NCBI GenBank assembly: GCA_963702425.1
Contig: CAVPCQ010000025.1
Coordinates: forward strand, 24,916-88,915
Direction of reading: 5' to 3'
Length of the DNA: 64,000 nt
From: an uncultured Acidobacteriota bacterium
GTDB lineage: Bacteria; Acidobacteriota; Polarisedimenticolia; J045
The notes below the pieces were generated by a model that worked only from the letters and a program-made list of their open reading frames with translations, had not been told where the DNA came from and did no database searches. Positions 37,101-47,698 of the stretch are shown here, in pieces. Positions within the stretch are counted from its first letter, which is position 1, and the number at the start of each line of letters is the position of its first letter. The position numbers were made by a program, and so were the translations under genes.

Positions 37101-40100
37101 ACGTCGCCGAGGCCGTCGAGGTCGTCGTCCTCCTGCGCGGGGTTGGGCTGATCCGGGCAGTTGTCAAGGAGATCGAGTACGCCATCGCCATCATGGTCGT
37201 CGCAAGCATCACCGAAGCCATCCCCATCGGCGTCTTCTTGACCCGCGTTGGCTTGACTCGGGCAGTTGTCACACGCACTGCCGCGGCCATCTCCGTCCGG
37301 ATCTTCCTGAGCGGGGTTGGGCTGGTCCGGGCAGTTGTCGAGCGGGCAGGTCGAGGCCGGGAAGCCCGGGTTGCCGAAGCCGTCCCCGTCGGTGTCGGTG
37401 CAGGGATCGCACCCGTCGGCGGTGCCGTCCCCGTCCGTGTCCTCCTGCGCGGGGTTGGCATTGTCGGGCAGTTGTCGCGCAGGTCGACCACGCTGTCGCC
37501 GTCCGGGTCGTCGCAGGCGTCGCCGATCCCGTTGGGGTGGACGGCATCGGCCTGGTCGGGGTTCTTCGTCGCCGGGCAGTTGTCGAGCGGGCAGGTCGAG
37601 GCCGGGAAGTCCGGGTCGCCGAAGCCGTCGCGGTCGCGGTCGGTGCACGGATCGCAGGCATCGCCGACCCGGTCCCAATCGAGATCGCCCTGACCGAAGT
37701 TGGCCGCGGCGGGGCAGTTGTCGCAGGCGTCGCCGCGGCGGTCGCCGTCTCCGTCCGCCTGCTCGGTATTGGCCGCCTCCGGGCAGTTGTCGCACTCGTC
37801 CCCCGGACCGTCGTCGTCGCGATCGGTCTGGCAGGCGTTCATCACGGAGACGCAACTGTCGCAGGCGTCGCCGACCGCGTCGTGGTCGGCGTCGGCCTGG
37901 TCCGGATCGCGGTCGGCGGGACAGGTGTCGCAGGCGTCGCCCCAGCCGTCGCGGTCGCCGTCCGCCTGGTCGGGGTTGGCGGTGACGGGGCAGTTGTCGG
38001 TGAAGTCGCCGACGCCGTCGCCGTCCAGGTCCTCCCCGATGACCCAGGACCGCCCGGCCCCGAACGCCTCGGCGAAGCTGACGCGGGCCGTCGTCTCGCA
38101 GCGGACGCTGTCGCGGCCGACGACCTCGAAGACCAGGTCGGCGTCGCGGCCCGCGGCCGCCGCGCCGGTCAGCGCGCCGGCTGCGAAGCGGTACTCGTAC
38201 GACGCGAACTGCGGGCGGGCGCCCCAGGCCGGGGGGCGGTTCCCGCGGATCGACGGTGACGGGCCCCGGTGTCGGCGCCGGACGCTCCGGGTCCGGCAGG
38301 TGCAAGTCGCCGACCGGCGCGTCGCGCACGACCCCCAGGCTCAGCTCCGCGTAGTGCCGGGCGTCGTCGCGCGGGACCTCGATCCGGCCGGCCGCGGAGA
38401 TCGTCGCCCACAGGGCGTCGGCCGCTTCCGGGTCGTCGGCCAGCAGGCGGACGATTCCGGAGTTCCTCTCCGGCACCAGCAGCAACTCGATCTGGATCGT
38501 GCCGGGCTCGGCGGCGGGATCGTGCTGAATCTCGAGATGCGCCGGCAGCGCCGGCAGCAGCAGGTCCGCCTCGTGCCGCGGGCGCGGACAGACGAATTCT
38601 CCGTCCCCGTCGACCTCCAGCCGCCAGGTGATCGGCGACCGCTCGACGGGCGTCGGGGCGCCGCGCGGGATCGGCGGCAGCCAGGGGGCGAGCCGGACGT
38701 CGAGCGTTCGTCGCGTGCAGGCGCGGAAGGCGTTGGCGAGCGTCGTCGCCTCGGGCTCCTGGTTCGTCGCGCGCAGGTGATACGGACCGGGCGGCGAAGC
38801 CCGGCGGGCACGATCGCGGTCATCGCCTCGCCCGAGGACCACGCCACGTCGCTGCAGCGGCGGGGTCGGGCGCAGGACCTCGAGACCGGTGGCTCGGACC
38901 GACGACGAACGCGAGGTCCCCGGCGAGCGCGACGCTGCTTGCGCTCCGCCCGGGTCGTGCTGGCGCGTGGCAAGCGCTGGCTGGCTCGGGTCGCTGACGT
39001 CGACAGTGACGAGAGCCGCCTCGGTCGTCCGCGACGAAGGCGAGGCGTCCGGAGACCGTGACGCGGACGGCGAACCCGCCCGTGGCGTAGCTCGCCGACG
39101 AGCGACGGCGCCGCCGGGTTGCCGACGTCGATGATCTGCAGCCCGGCGTCGCCGCTCCGCAACGAAGGCGTAGGCTCCCGGAGACGAACACGCCGGAGGC
39201 CGAGCCGGGCATGCCGACGCTGCCGACGAGCGCGGGCACCGCGGGATCGCTGACGTCGATGATCTGCAGGCGCGCCGCAGCCGTCCGCCACGAAGGCGTA
39301 GGTCCCGGAGACGGCGATGCCCCGGACGCATAGCCGCGTCCCGAGGCTTCCGACCACCGCGGGGGCCGCCGAGATCGCTGACGTCGACGATCATGAGCCC
39401 AGCCGCCAGCCGTCCGCCACGTAGGCGTGGTCCCCCGCGACAGCGACGATCCGGTGGCGCAGTCTGGCGGGCTACCGAGGCTGCCGACCAGGAGCCGGCG
39501 CGGCGGGGTCGCAGACATCGACGACGTGGAGGCCGCCGTCCTCGTAGTCATAGGCGTCCGCCACGAAGGCATGGCTGCCGGAGACGGCCACGCCGCGCGC
39601 GTAGCCCGGCAGTGCCGACGCCGCCGAGCGAGCGACGGGGCCGCCGGGTCGCTGACGTCGAGGAGCTGCAGCCCCGCCCAGTCGTCCGCCACGAAGGCAT
39701 GACTTCCGGAGACGTGCGACGTCCTGCGGCTCGCCTCAGCCCGCCGAAGCTCCGACGACCGCCTCGGCGCAGGCGCCGTCGGTGATCTGAAGGCCCGCTG
39801 AGCCATCCGCGACGAGGGCGTACTCCCCCGAGACGGCGACACCGACGCCGTCTCCGGGCGTGTCGCAGTGACCGGTGATCGCCGGTGCGGCGGGATTGCT
39901 CACGTCGATCATCTGGACGCCTTCGGCCCCGTCCGCGACGAAGGCGGTGTCGCCGGCCACGGCGACGTCTCCGGCGAATCCCGGTGTATCGACGATCCCG
40001 ATCAGCGACGGCGCCGCCAGATTGCTCACATCGACGATCGACAGCCCGCTGTCTCCGCCGGCCACGAACACGCGCGTCCCGGAGATGGCAACGCCGTTCG

Positions 40101-40884
40101 CAGAACCCGGCGTGACGAAGCTCGCGACGAGCGACGGCGAGGCGGGCTCGCTGACGTCGATGACGTCCAGGCCGGCGTCGCCAAGGGCGACAAAGGCGTA
40201 GCCGCCTGAGACTGAAACGTCGTTGGGCGTGTATCCTCTGAAGTCGAGCCAAGTGACGTGCGAGGGCGCCGACGGACTGCTCACGTCGATGACCTCGACC
40301 CCACGCGACCATCTGCTAGCCAACGTGACGTACGCGTCGTTCCCCGCGACGGAGATGCCGCGGGTTGGTCCTTCGCAGGAACCGCCGCCCAACTCCTCCC
40401 AGCTTTCGGAGACCAGTCGCGGTGCTGCGGGCTCGCTCACGTCGACGATCGCGAGCCGCCTGTAGCACCAGCAATATCCCCACCAATCGCAGCCGCCTAG
40501 ACTCCCTGCGACATAGGCGTATGTGCCGGAGACTGCAACGGCCTGCCCCAAGTCGCCCCAATTGTCCACCGTCGCGACGAGCACAGGTGCTGCAGGATTG
40601 TGGATGTCGACGATCTGAAGATCCCCGTCGGCGACGTACGCGTAGTGCCCCGCAACAGCGACGGATCCCGCGTAGCCCGGCGTGCTTACGCCGACCGGCC
40701 CCGGCAGCAGCGCGACCTTCGCCTGCGGCTCGAACCCCGCGCCGTGGATCGCGACCGCCGTGTCCGCGTCCACAAACCCCTGCTTCGGTTCGACCTGCGT
40801 AACGACCGGCGGCTCGGCCAGGACTCCCGACACCGCGAGCAGGCAACCCAGCGACGACAGCGCACTCCGCGTGATCCTGGTCAT
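34137..40884 (-). CDS. Giant secreted protein: IPT-like + LVIVD repeats + thrombospondin type-3 repeats + two MAM/InhA-like modules; many frameshifts
   Basis: Signal peptide [18 protein letters not shown]; repeated GxYAFVAD..GLQIIDVSxP; [15 protein letters not shown] repeats; [18 protein letters not shown] twice. Single-gene status is inferred. Confidence 0.8.
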
Positions 40885-40938
40885 GGGACCCTCCCCCGGG
40901 ACGCGTCCCCGCGCACCGGACCGACCGATCACTTCAGT

Positions 40939-40964
40939 TGTCGCGGAAGAGAGCGGTATGTCAC
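40939..40964 (-). promoter_or_regulatory. Putative ECF-sigma promoter GTGACA-N15-CGACA upstream of the LVIVD/TSP3 gene
   Basis: Same motif and spacing as 34069-34094 and 41197-41222. Confidence 0.7.
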
Positions 40965-41196
40965 CGCCCCCGGCGGAACGAATCGCCACGACTTGGGCCA
41001 CCGCGCTTCCCCCACGCGCACGCGCGGGGTTGCGACCGAAAGACATCCCCGACGGGCGATCCCCCTGCCGTCACCCCGGGGTGGCGAGGGGAGCATACGC
41101 CGCTGCGCCATCGGCGGAACGCGAAGCCATGTCCTTTCCTCACGGATTCCCGCCAAGTTCCAACCCGGAACGACAACCGGTAACTCGGCCCATGCC

Positions 41197-41222
41197 GTGA
41201 CATCCACCCGCCCCGCACGACA
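41197..41222 (+). promoter_or_regulatory. Putative autoregulatory ECF promoter GTGACA-N15-CGACA
   Basis: gtgaca-tccacccgccccgca-cgaca about 145 bp upstream of the sigma gene; only the two boxes are conserved. Confidence 0.65.
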
Positions 41223-41365
41223 GAGAGGGTCGGAGAGCGCCGATGTCCCACGGATGCGCCGAAAGGACCACACCCCAGCTCGGTTGGGGAAGGGTGCGCG
41301 TGCGGACCGACAACCCGGCTAGAATCAGACCCATCTTCAAGCTCCAGCAGGCCGGGGGAAGCACC

Positions 41366-41968
41366 GTGGCCGAGCCGTGGAAAGCCGTTCCGGCAGAAAG
41401 CGAGCCGTGGGACGCGGCGCTCGTCCAGCGCTTTCTCCAGGGCGAGCCGCTGGCGGTGCGGCGCGTCGCAACGCTGGCCCGCCAGGTCGCCGCGACCCAC
41501 GCCTACGCCATGCCGGCCCCCGAGCGGGAAGACGTCGCCCAGGAGGTTGTCCTGCAGGTCTACCGCGCGCTGACCGCGCGCGGGTTCACGTTGCGCGGCG
41601 GGCTCGAGCCCCTCGTCCGCGCCGTCGCCCACCGGCGCTGCGTGGACTGGATGCGGCGTGGGCGGCGCATGCGCCCGCTCGGCGTCGACCCGCCCTCGCG
41701 AGAGACCGCACCCGACGACGCGGCCGCGCGGCACGAGGAAGCGCTCGCCGGCGCCGAGGTGATCCGCCGGCTGAGCGAGCCGTGCCGAGAGGTCCTCCGG
41801 CTGCGCATCGCGCACGGGCTGTCACACCGCACCGTCGCCGAGCGGCTCGGTCGCAGCGAGGGGGGCGTCCGGAATCTCCTCTCGAAGTGCCTGCACGAGG
41901 CCCGGCGCCTGCTCCACGAACTCGACGCGCACCGTGGCCCCGGCGGTGACCGAGGACCGACACGATGA
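41366..41968 (+). CDS. ECF sigma factor
   Basis: Region 2 EDVAQEVVLQV..AVAHRRCVDWMRR; region 4 LSEPCREVLRL...GLSHRTVAERLGRSEGGVR. Confidence 0.92.
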   Translation: MAEPWKAVPAESEPWDAALVQRFLQGEPLAVRRVATLARQVAATHAYAMPAPEREDVAQEVVLQVYRALTARGFTLRGGLEPLVRAVAHRRCVDWMRRGRRMRPLGVDPPSRETAPDDAAARHEEALAGAEVIRRLSEPCREVLRLRIAHGLSHRTVAERLGRSEGGVRNLLSKCLHEARRLLHELDAHRGPGGDRGPTR

Positions 41969-42951
41969 TGCACGACGAAGCCACCCCGCTCCTGCTCGAC
42001 CTGGCGCTCGGGACGCTGGCGCCGGACGAGCGCGCCGCGCTCGAGGCGCACCTCGCGGCGTGCGAGGAGTGCCGGGCGATGCGCCGCACCGTCGAACGGC
42101 TCGTCGCGGCGGTGCGGGAGGAGACGTCCGACGCAGGGCACCCGGATGCCGACGCCGTCGTCTCATTCGCGTTGGGGGGGCTGTCCGGTGCGGGGAGCGC
42201 CGCGGTCGCGGAGCACGTCGCGTCTTGTGCGGCGTGCGCGGCGGAGGTCGATGCCGTGCGGCGCGCGGAGGCCGAGTCGCGCGAGGAGGCCCTGGCGGGT
42301 GACATCCGCCGCGATCCGGGCGGCCGCGCGCGGGAAGGGACGCGGCCCGCGCCGCGAGCGACGTCTCGCCGCGCGTGGGGTGCGCTGGCGGCAGCGGCGG
42401 CCGGGCTCGCTGCGCTGCTGGCGTATCCGGCGTATCTCGGGCTGGTGCGGCTCCCCGTCGTGGAAAGCCGGTCGGCGGACGTGGCGCGCGAGACGCAGTC
42501 GCTCGCGACGCGTGTCGGCGCGCTCGAGGGTGAGCTGGGCGCGGCGCGCGACGCGCTGGCGCGGGTGCGCGAGTGGGGCGGGGCCACGCCGCTGCATCTG
42601 CTCTCCGCTGCGATGCGGGGCGGGGAAGAGGCGCGCACGGTGCGGGTCGATCCGGCGCAGCCGGTTGTGGCGCTGGCGGTCGAGCTGGGCGCGCTGCCGG
42701 AGAGCGCCGCAGCGACGCCGGTCCGGTTCGTGATCACGCGGGCGGACGGCGGGGCCGCGTTCGCGGCCGACCTCGCCGCTGCCGACGTGCGGCGCGAGCT
42801 GCGCGAGGCGGGCGTCGTCCTGCTGCTCGTGCCGAGCGCGCGGCTGGCGCCGGGGAGTTATCGCCTCGCCGTGACGCTGGGTCCCGAGGCGGAGGCCCGC
42901 CGGCTGCTCGAGCTGGGCTTCGCGGCGGGGACAGCAACAGCAAGTCGGTAA
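41965..42951 (+). CDS. Membrane-anchored zinc-finger (zf-HC2/ZAS) anti-sigma factor with two ZAS motifs
   Basis: HLAACEEC and HVASCAAC; TM helix WGALAAAAAGLAALLAY; C-terminal extracytoplasmic domain; overlaps the sigma stop codon. Confidence 0.85.
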   Translation: MMHDEATPLLLDLALGTLAPDERAALEAHLAACEECRAMRRTVERLVAAVREETSDAGHPDADAVVSFALGGLSGAGSAAVAEHVASCAACAAEVDAVRRAEAESREEALAGDIRRDPGGRAREGTRPAPRATSRRAWGALAAAAAGLAALLAYPAYLGLVRLPVVESRSADVARETQSLATRVGALEGELGAARDALARVREWGGATPLHLLSAAMRGGEEARTVRVDPAQPVVALAVELGALPESAAATPVRFVITRADGGAAFAADLAAADVRRELREAGVVLLLVPSARLAPGSYRLAVTLGPEAEARRLLELGFAAGTATASR

Positions 42952-43006
42952 GCCGGTCGAGCCGGGGACTCCAACCGCCCCTGGCCGACCCCCCGCAGTC
43001 CACCCC

Positions 43007-43855
43007 TCAGAGGTACTTCGCGATCATCGCGTCGTCGATCCGCGACGGGTTACCGCGCCACACCACCTTCCCGTCCTTGAGAATCGCGGCGGCCGGGACC
43101 CCCGTGACGTTGAAGGCGGCCGACAGCTCGCCCGTTTCCTTCGCGGTCGGGTAGGTCACGCCCTTCTCCTTGATGAAGGTGAGCGCCTGCTCCTCGGTCG
43201 AGTTCCTCGTCAGCTTGGTCAGGCCGATGACCTGCAGCCCCTTGTCCTTGTATTTCTGCCAGATCGCCTCGAGCTTGGGGACCTCGCGCTGGCAGTGCGG
43301 GCACCACGACTCCCAGAAGACGACGAGCGTCGCCTTGGCCTTGGCCGGATCGACCTGCTTTTCGCCCTGGTACCACTTCTCGACCTTGATCACCGGGGGC
43401 GCGTCGCGCCCGACGACGGCCAGTTCCTGCGAGAGGCGCGTCGTCGACTTCCAGGCCTGCGTCGCCGAGAACTGCGCCTGCCCTTCGGTGAGCTTCGCCT
43501 TCGCACCGGCGAGATCTCCGGCCGCGACGAGCTGGTTGATCTGCGAGACCGCGAGGCTGGCCTTCTCCTCGAGCACCGGGTCGACCGGAGGGGCGGCCGG
43601 GGCGGCCGGCCGCGCCGCCTGGGCGAGCTTCTGCTCCATCGCGGCGAGCTGCTGGCGGAGTTGCTCGATCGCCGCGGCCTGCTGCTGGACCTGCGCCTCG
43701 AGCGCGGCGACGCGGTCGGCGGCGGGTGGGGCGGCGGGCGGCGGCGCGGGCGCGGGCGCGGGCGCGGTCTGTGCGCCGACCGGCATCACGGCGGCCGACA
43801 GCGCCAAGGCGATCAGGACAGCGGCAGCGCGGAATGGGACGCGGGGGGGCCTCAT
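43007..43855 (-). CDS. TlpA-like thiol-disulfide oxidoreductase, secreted
   Basis: Signal peptide, coiled coil, FWESWCPHC, FNVTGVP. Confidence 0.9.
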   Translation of the reverse strand: MRPPRVPFRAAAVLIALALSAAVMPVGAQTAPAPAPAPPPAAPPAADRVAALEAQVQQQAAAIEQLRQQLAAMEQKLAQAARPAAPAAPPVDPVLEEKASLAVSQINQLVAAGDLAGAKAKLTEGQAQFSATQAWKSTTRLSQELAVVGRDAPPVIKVEKWYQGEKQVDPAKAKATLVVFWESWCPHCQREVPKLEAIWQKYKDKGLQVIGLTKLTRNSTEEQALTFIKEKGVTYPTAKETGELSAAFNVTGVPAAAILKDGKVVWRGNPSRIDDAMIAKYL

Positions 43856-43910
43856 CGATCATCCTCCGGGGGCCGCCGTCCGGCGGCGCGAGGCGGCATG
43901 GTACCCGGTC

Positions 43911-44558
43911 TCAGGGCGCTCGGCCGCCCTGGTTCGTCGAGGTCACCTGGCCCGCGCCGTCGACGATCCGGAAGTCGAAGCGGATGTCGTAGTAGACCGG
44001 CACGAGGGTCAAGGAGCCGACCGCCGTCGCGTCTGGGGTTCCGTCGGCGTCCGCATCGATCGAGGCACCCCGCTTCGCGAAGTATCCGGGCTCGAACCGC
44101 CAGCGCCGCAGCACTCGCTCGACCGACTGCCGGAAGGCGGCGGCGTGGGGGCCCGCAGAGGACGCCTCGAGCGGGCTGTCGGTGACGGCGGTGAGCGTTC
44201 CGTCGAGGCCGATCAGGAGCCGCACGGTGACCCAGGCGTCCCCGACGCCGTCCTCGAGCGCCCGTTCCGGGTACTCCGGGAGCGGCAGCCGGCCGCTGAC
44301 CGCGACCGGATTCTGGAAATCGCCCTCGTCCGCGGTCCACTCGGGCATCTTCGCCGACGGGTCGGGCAGGAACCGGTAGGCGCTCTGGCCGAGACGTGCC
44401 GGCGGGGCGGCGGGCGGGGCGGCCGCGGACGGCGCGGTCGCGACGGGTGCGGGCCGCGGTGGTGAGGCGCAGCCCGCCGCGATGAGCGTCGCGAGCGCGG
44501 ACAGGAGAAGGGCCGTGCCGGGCAGCACGGGGCAGCAGTGGCGGTGCGGTCGCGTCAC
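43911..44558 (-). CDS. Lipoprotein with TonB C-terminal-like domain
   Basis: Lipobox IAAGC; PEYPERALEDG...VTVRLLIG..G...WRFEP. Confidence 0.65.
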   Translation of the reverse strand: MTRPHRHCCPVLPGTALLLSALATLIAAGCASPPRPAPVATAPSAAAPPAAPPARLGQSAYRFLPDPSAKMPEWTADEGDFQNPVAVSGRLPLPEYPERALEDGVGDAWVTVRLLIGLDGTLTAVTDSPLEASSAGPHAAAFRQSVERVLRRWRFEPGYFAKRGASIDADADGTPDATAVGSLTLVPVYYDIRFDFRIVDGAGQVTSTNQGGRAP

Positions 44559-44601
44559 GGGCGCATCGTACTCGCGACACCGCGTGACCTACAATCTTCC
44601 G

Positions 44602-45549
44602 GTGCGTTCCCTCGTCGATCGTCGCGAATCCGGCTTCGGGCCGCGCGTCCGGCCGGCCGTGCTGCTTCTGGCGGCGCTCGTTCCGGCGGTCGCGCCCACC
44701 GCCGGAGCCGTCCACGCCGCCGAGGTCCGCGTCCTCGACGCCGCCGGCGCACCGGTCGCGGATGCGACCGTCCTCTGCTGGACCGGAGCGAAGTTCGCGG
44801 ACCTCACGGGCCCGGACGGCATCGTCCAGGTGCCCGACGGCTGCGCCGAGGTCCGCTGCGAGATGCCGCGCGGCGACATGTCCTCAGGGCAGGCGCCGGT
44901 TCGCAACGGGCGGGCGGTCTGCCGGATGCAGCGCGGCGCGTTCGTCGTCGTCGCGCCGGCGTTGCCCGACGCCGCGCGGGACCTGCAGGTGCTGCTCTTC
45001 CACGACGACGGAACCGTGGGCGCGAGTGCGCACTACTTCGGCGAGCGTCCGGAGGACGGCGCGACGCAGAAGCGGCTCGGGCCGGTGGTGCCGGGACGGT
45101 ACACGCTCGACGTCTCGGCGCCGGAGGAACCGGGCTGGTCGTGCGCGCGCGACCTCGGCGCGCTGGCGGCCGGGGAGACGCGGGTCGAGCTGCTCTACCG
45201 CGAGCCGCTGACGGTCACCGGGCGCGTGATCACGGCGTCGGGCCGGCCGGCGCGCGGCGAGATCGTCCGGGCGAAGCCCGCGCCCGCGCCGCCCGGAGCG
45301 GACGTCGGCGCCGCGTGGCGCTGCTCGACCGAGCGGCGGGACCGAGAGCCGCTCACGGCCGACGACGGGTCGTTCACGCTACGCGTCGATCCGGCCGCCT
45401 GGCCGATCGTGATCGAGGTCGGCCACCCGCAGGACGAGGAAGGGACGACGACCTGGCCGCTCGACGGTCCGCCGACGGGACCGCTGACGATCACGCGCCG
45501 GCCGACGCCGTACGAGAAGGGGTACGCCGGACGGCCCGCGCCGAAGTGA
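44602..45549 (+). CDS. Secreted carboxypeptidase-regulatory-like (beta-sandwich) protein
   Basis: VLDAAGAPVADATV, VTGRVITASGRP, TADDGSFTL; start uncertain. Confidence 0.6.
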   Translation: MRSLVDRRESGFGPRVRPAVLLLAALVPAVAPTAGAVHAAEVRVLDAAGAPVADATVLCWTGAKFADLTGPDGIVQVPDGCAEVRCEMPRGDMSSGQAPVRNGRAVCRMQRGAFVVVAPALPDAARDLQVLLFHDDGTVGASAHYFGERPEDGATQKRLGPVVPGRYTLDVSAPEEPGWSCARDLGALAAGETRVELLYREPLTVTGRVITASGRPARGEIVRAKPAPAPPGADVGAAWRCSTERRDREPLTADDGSFTLRVDPAAWPIVIEVGHPQDEEGTTTWPLDGPPTGPLTITRRPTPYEKGYAGRPAPK

Positions 45550-45640
45550 CCTGAGGCGCGGCCTGCTCCGCGGGCCTCCGCAAGGTCCGATGGGCCGGGG
45601 CCCACCGCGCCGCCGCCCTCGGCCCGCGCCTCTTCCGCCG

Positions 45641-45681
45641 AAAAAGCCGCGCGCCCGGCCCCCTCGGGACCGGGCGCGCGG
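45641..45681 (-). terminator. Rho-independent terminator of the citrate synthase gene
   Basis: GC-rich hairpin ccgcgcgcccgg...ccgggcgcgcgg followed by a T run on the minus strand. Confidence 0.7.
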
Positions 45682-45705
45682 TATCCACCACGCGGAAACG
45701 GCGCG

Positions 45706-47025
45706 TCAGGCCGGCGGCGCCGCCGCGATCTGCTTCTTGACCCAGCCGGTCGTGACGCTCTTCGGCCGCTCGAGCGGCATCCCCATCGCGCGCGCCCAGA
45801 CCAAGTGCGCCAGGGTGCCCATCGCGCGGGAGACGCCGAACAGCACGGTGTAGTAGTCGTACTCCTTCATGCCGTAGTGGACCAGCAGCACGCCGGAGTG
45901 GGCGTCGACGTTCGGCCACGGGTCCTTGGCCTTGCCCTGCTCGAGCAGGACCGGCGGAACGACGTCGTAGAGCATCGCGACGATCTGGAACAGCTCGTCC
46001 TTCGGCATGTGCTTCAGCGCGAACTCGCGCTGCGCGGTGTAGCGCGGGTCGGTCTTGCGCAGCACGGCGTGGCCGTAGCCCGGCACGACCTGGCCGCTGT
46101 TGAGCGTGTCCCAGACGTACTTGTGCAGCACTTCCTTGCTCGGCACGCCGCCGCCCAGTTCCGCCTGGACCGCCATGATCCAGCGCAGCACTTCCTGGTT
46201 GGCGAGGCCGTGGAGCGGGCCGGCCAGGCCGTTCATCCCGGCCGCCAGCGCGAGGTAGGCATCCGACAGCGCGGATCCGACCAGGTGGATCGTGTGCGCG
46301 CTGACGTTGCCGCCCTCGTGGTCGGCGTGGAGCACGAGGTACAGCCGCAGCAGCTCGGCGAACTGGGGGTCGGTGTAGCCGAGCATGTGGGCGAAGTTGG
46401 CGCTCCAGTCGAGGTCCTTCGGGCCCGGCGGGATGTGGACGCCGCCCTTGTAGCTGCGGCGATAGATGTAGGCGGCCAGCAGCGGGAGCGACGCGAGGAT
46501 GTTCATCGTGTCCTCGTACATCGGGTCCCACAGGTCGGTCTTGGCGAGGCCGTCGCGGTACTTCTTCGCGAAGATCGACTCGGTCTGCATCGCGTTGATG
46601 CCGATCGAGAACTGGGTCATCGGGTGGCAGTCGACCGGCAGCGCGTCGAGCGTCTTCTTGACGTGCTCGGGCAGGCGCTCGCGGCTCCGCCACTCCTTCG
46701 TCACCTCGGCCGCCTCGGCAGCGGTCGGGACCTCGCCGATCAGCAGCAGGTAGAACAGCGCTTCCGGGAGCGGCTCCTCGCCGCCCTTGATCTTCGGCAG
46801 GGCCTCGCGCAGCTCGGGGATCGACATCCCGCGGAAGCGGATTCCCTCGACCGGGTCGAGAGCCGACGGCTCCCAGACCATGCACTTGATGTCGCGCATG
46901 CCGCCGTAGGCCTGGGCCAGGGTGACGTCGGCGATCTTCATGTTGCCGTGCTTCGCGAGGATGTCCTTCACCTCGGCGCGCAGCGTCTTGGCCTTCTCGA
47001 CGAACTTCTCCTTGAGCGTGGACAT
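45706..47025 (-). CDS. gltA: Citrate synthase, eukaryote-like type
   Basis: [68 protein letters not shown]. Confidence 0.95.
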   Translation of the reverse strand: MSTLKEKFVEKAKTLRAEVKDILAKHGNMKIADVTLAQAYGGMRDIKCMVWEPSALDPVEGIRFRGMSIPELREALPKIKGGEEPLPEALFYLLLIGEVPTAAEAAEVTKEWRSRERLPEHVKKTLDALPVDCHPMTQFSIGINAMQTESIFAKKYRDGLAKTDLWDPMYEDTMNILASLPLLAAYIYRRSYKGGVHIPPGPKDLDWSANFAHMLGYTDPQFAELLRLYLVLHADHEGGNVSAHTIHLVGSALSDAYLALAAGMNGLAGPLHGLANQEVLRWIMAVQAELGGGVPSKEVLHKYVWDTLNSGQVVPGYGHAVLRKTDPRYTAQREFALKHMPKDELFQIVAMLYDVVPPVLLEQGKAKDPWPNVDAHSGVLLVHYGMKEYDYYTVLFGVSRAMGTLAHLVWARAMGMPLERPKSVTTGWVKKQIAAAPPA

Positions 47026-47328
47026 GCGGACTCTCCCTTCGAGAATGGTTAGGCAATACAAACCAGATAGTAACGAAGCGGTATTGTGGCCCAAACCGGG
47101 GGCCGAGAGAAGCGGATTAAGCGGGGTCGGCGAACCGGTTTCTCCCCGGGGGAAGGCAGGGCGAGAGGCGCCCGGGCGCGGGGCCGCCGGGGAGCCGGGA
47201 CCGGTTCAGGCGGGGCCGGCGGAGGTTCGCCGGACGAACTCCAGGTGTTTCTTGGGCTTGCTCCCCCGGGGAGTGGGTCCGGTCGCTGGCTGTCAACCAA
47301 CGGGTCGGGGGTCTGAGTCCGGGGTGAG

Positions 47329-47662
47329 GAGCCAATCCTCCTGTTTTCGAACTCGGCGTCGGGCGGTTAACGGGGAAGGTGTGTCCGGGGGGCTCCGGGA
47401 TCGCGGAGGAGCGCGAGGGGGCGCGGGGAGGCGGGGGGTAGCCGCCGGGTCGCGGCTCTCCGCGAGCTTTCTGGCGCGAGGCCGGCTGAGGTCCTGTCGG
47501 CGCCGGGGGCTTGAGCGCTCTGCTCCTCTCCGCGATAGTCAAGAGAGCCGGGCGGACGCCTCGCCCGGTTCCGCGTTCTCGGTGGCGCAGAAGAGAGCGT
47601 TCGTCCGGGAGACGGCGTCACCGTGGATCGGGGAGTTCGAAGAACCCCTCTGGCCCATTTCA
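47329..47662. repeat. Right-end repeat copy A1 (solo element end)
   Basis: GAGCCAATCCTCC..TTTTCGAACT...GGAAGGTGTG...GCCCATTTCA; homologous to copies at 50342, 55566, 61121 and 63984. Confidence 0.85.
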
Positions 47663-47698
47663 CCAGACCCGACAGAGGTTCGCGGAGAGGAGAGCGCT

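Noticed and set aside
34137-38040. Dense repeats resembling a CRISPR array
   Set aside because: They are degenerate, codon-phased TSP3 coding repeats. There is no constant repeat/unique spacer pattern and no cas genes.
43720-43770. GCGGGC tandem repeat
   Set aside because: It encodes a Pro/Ala linker in the redoxin.
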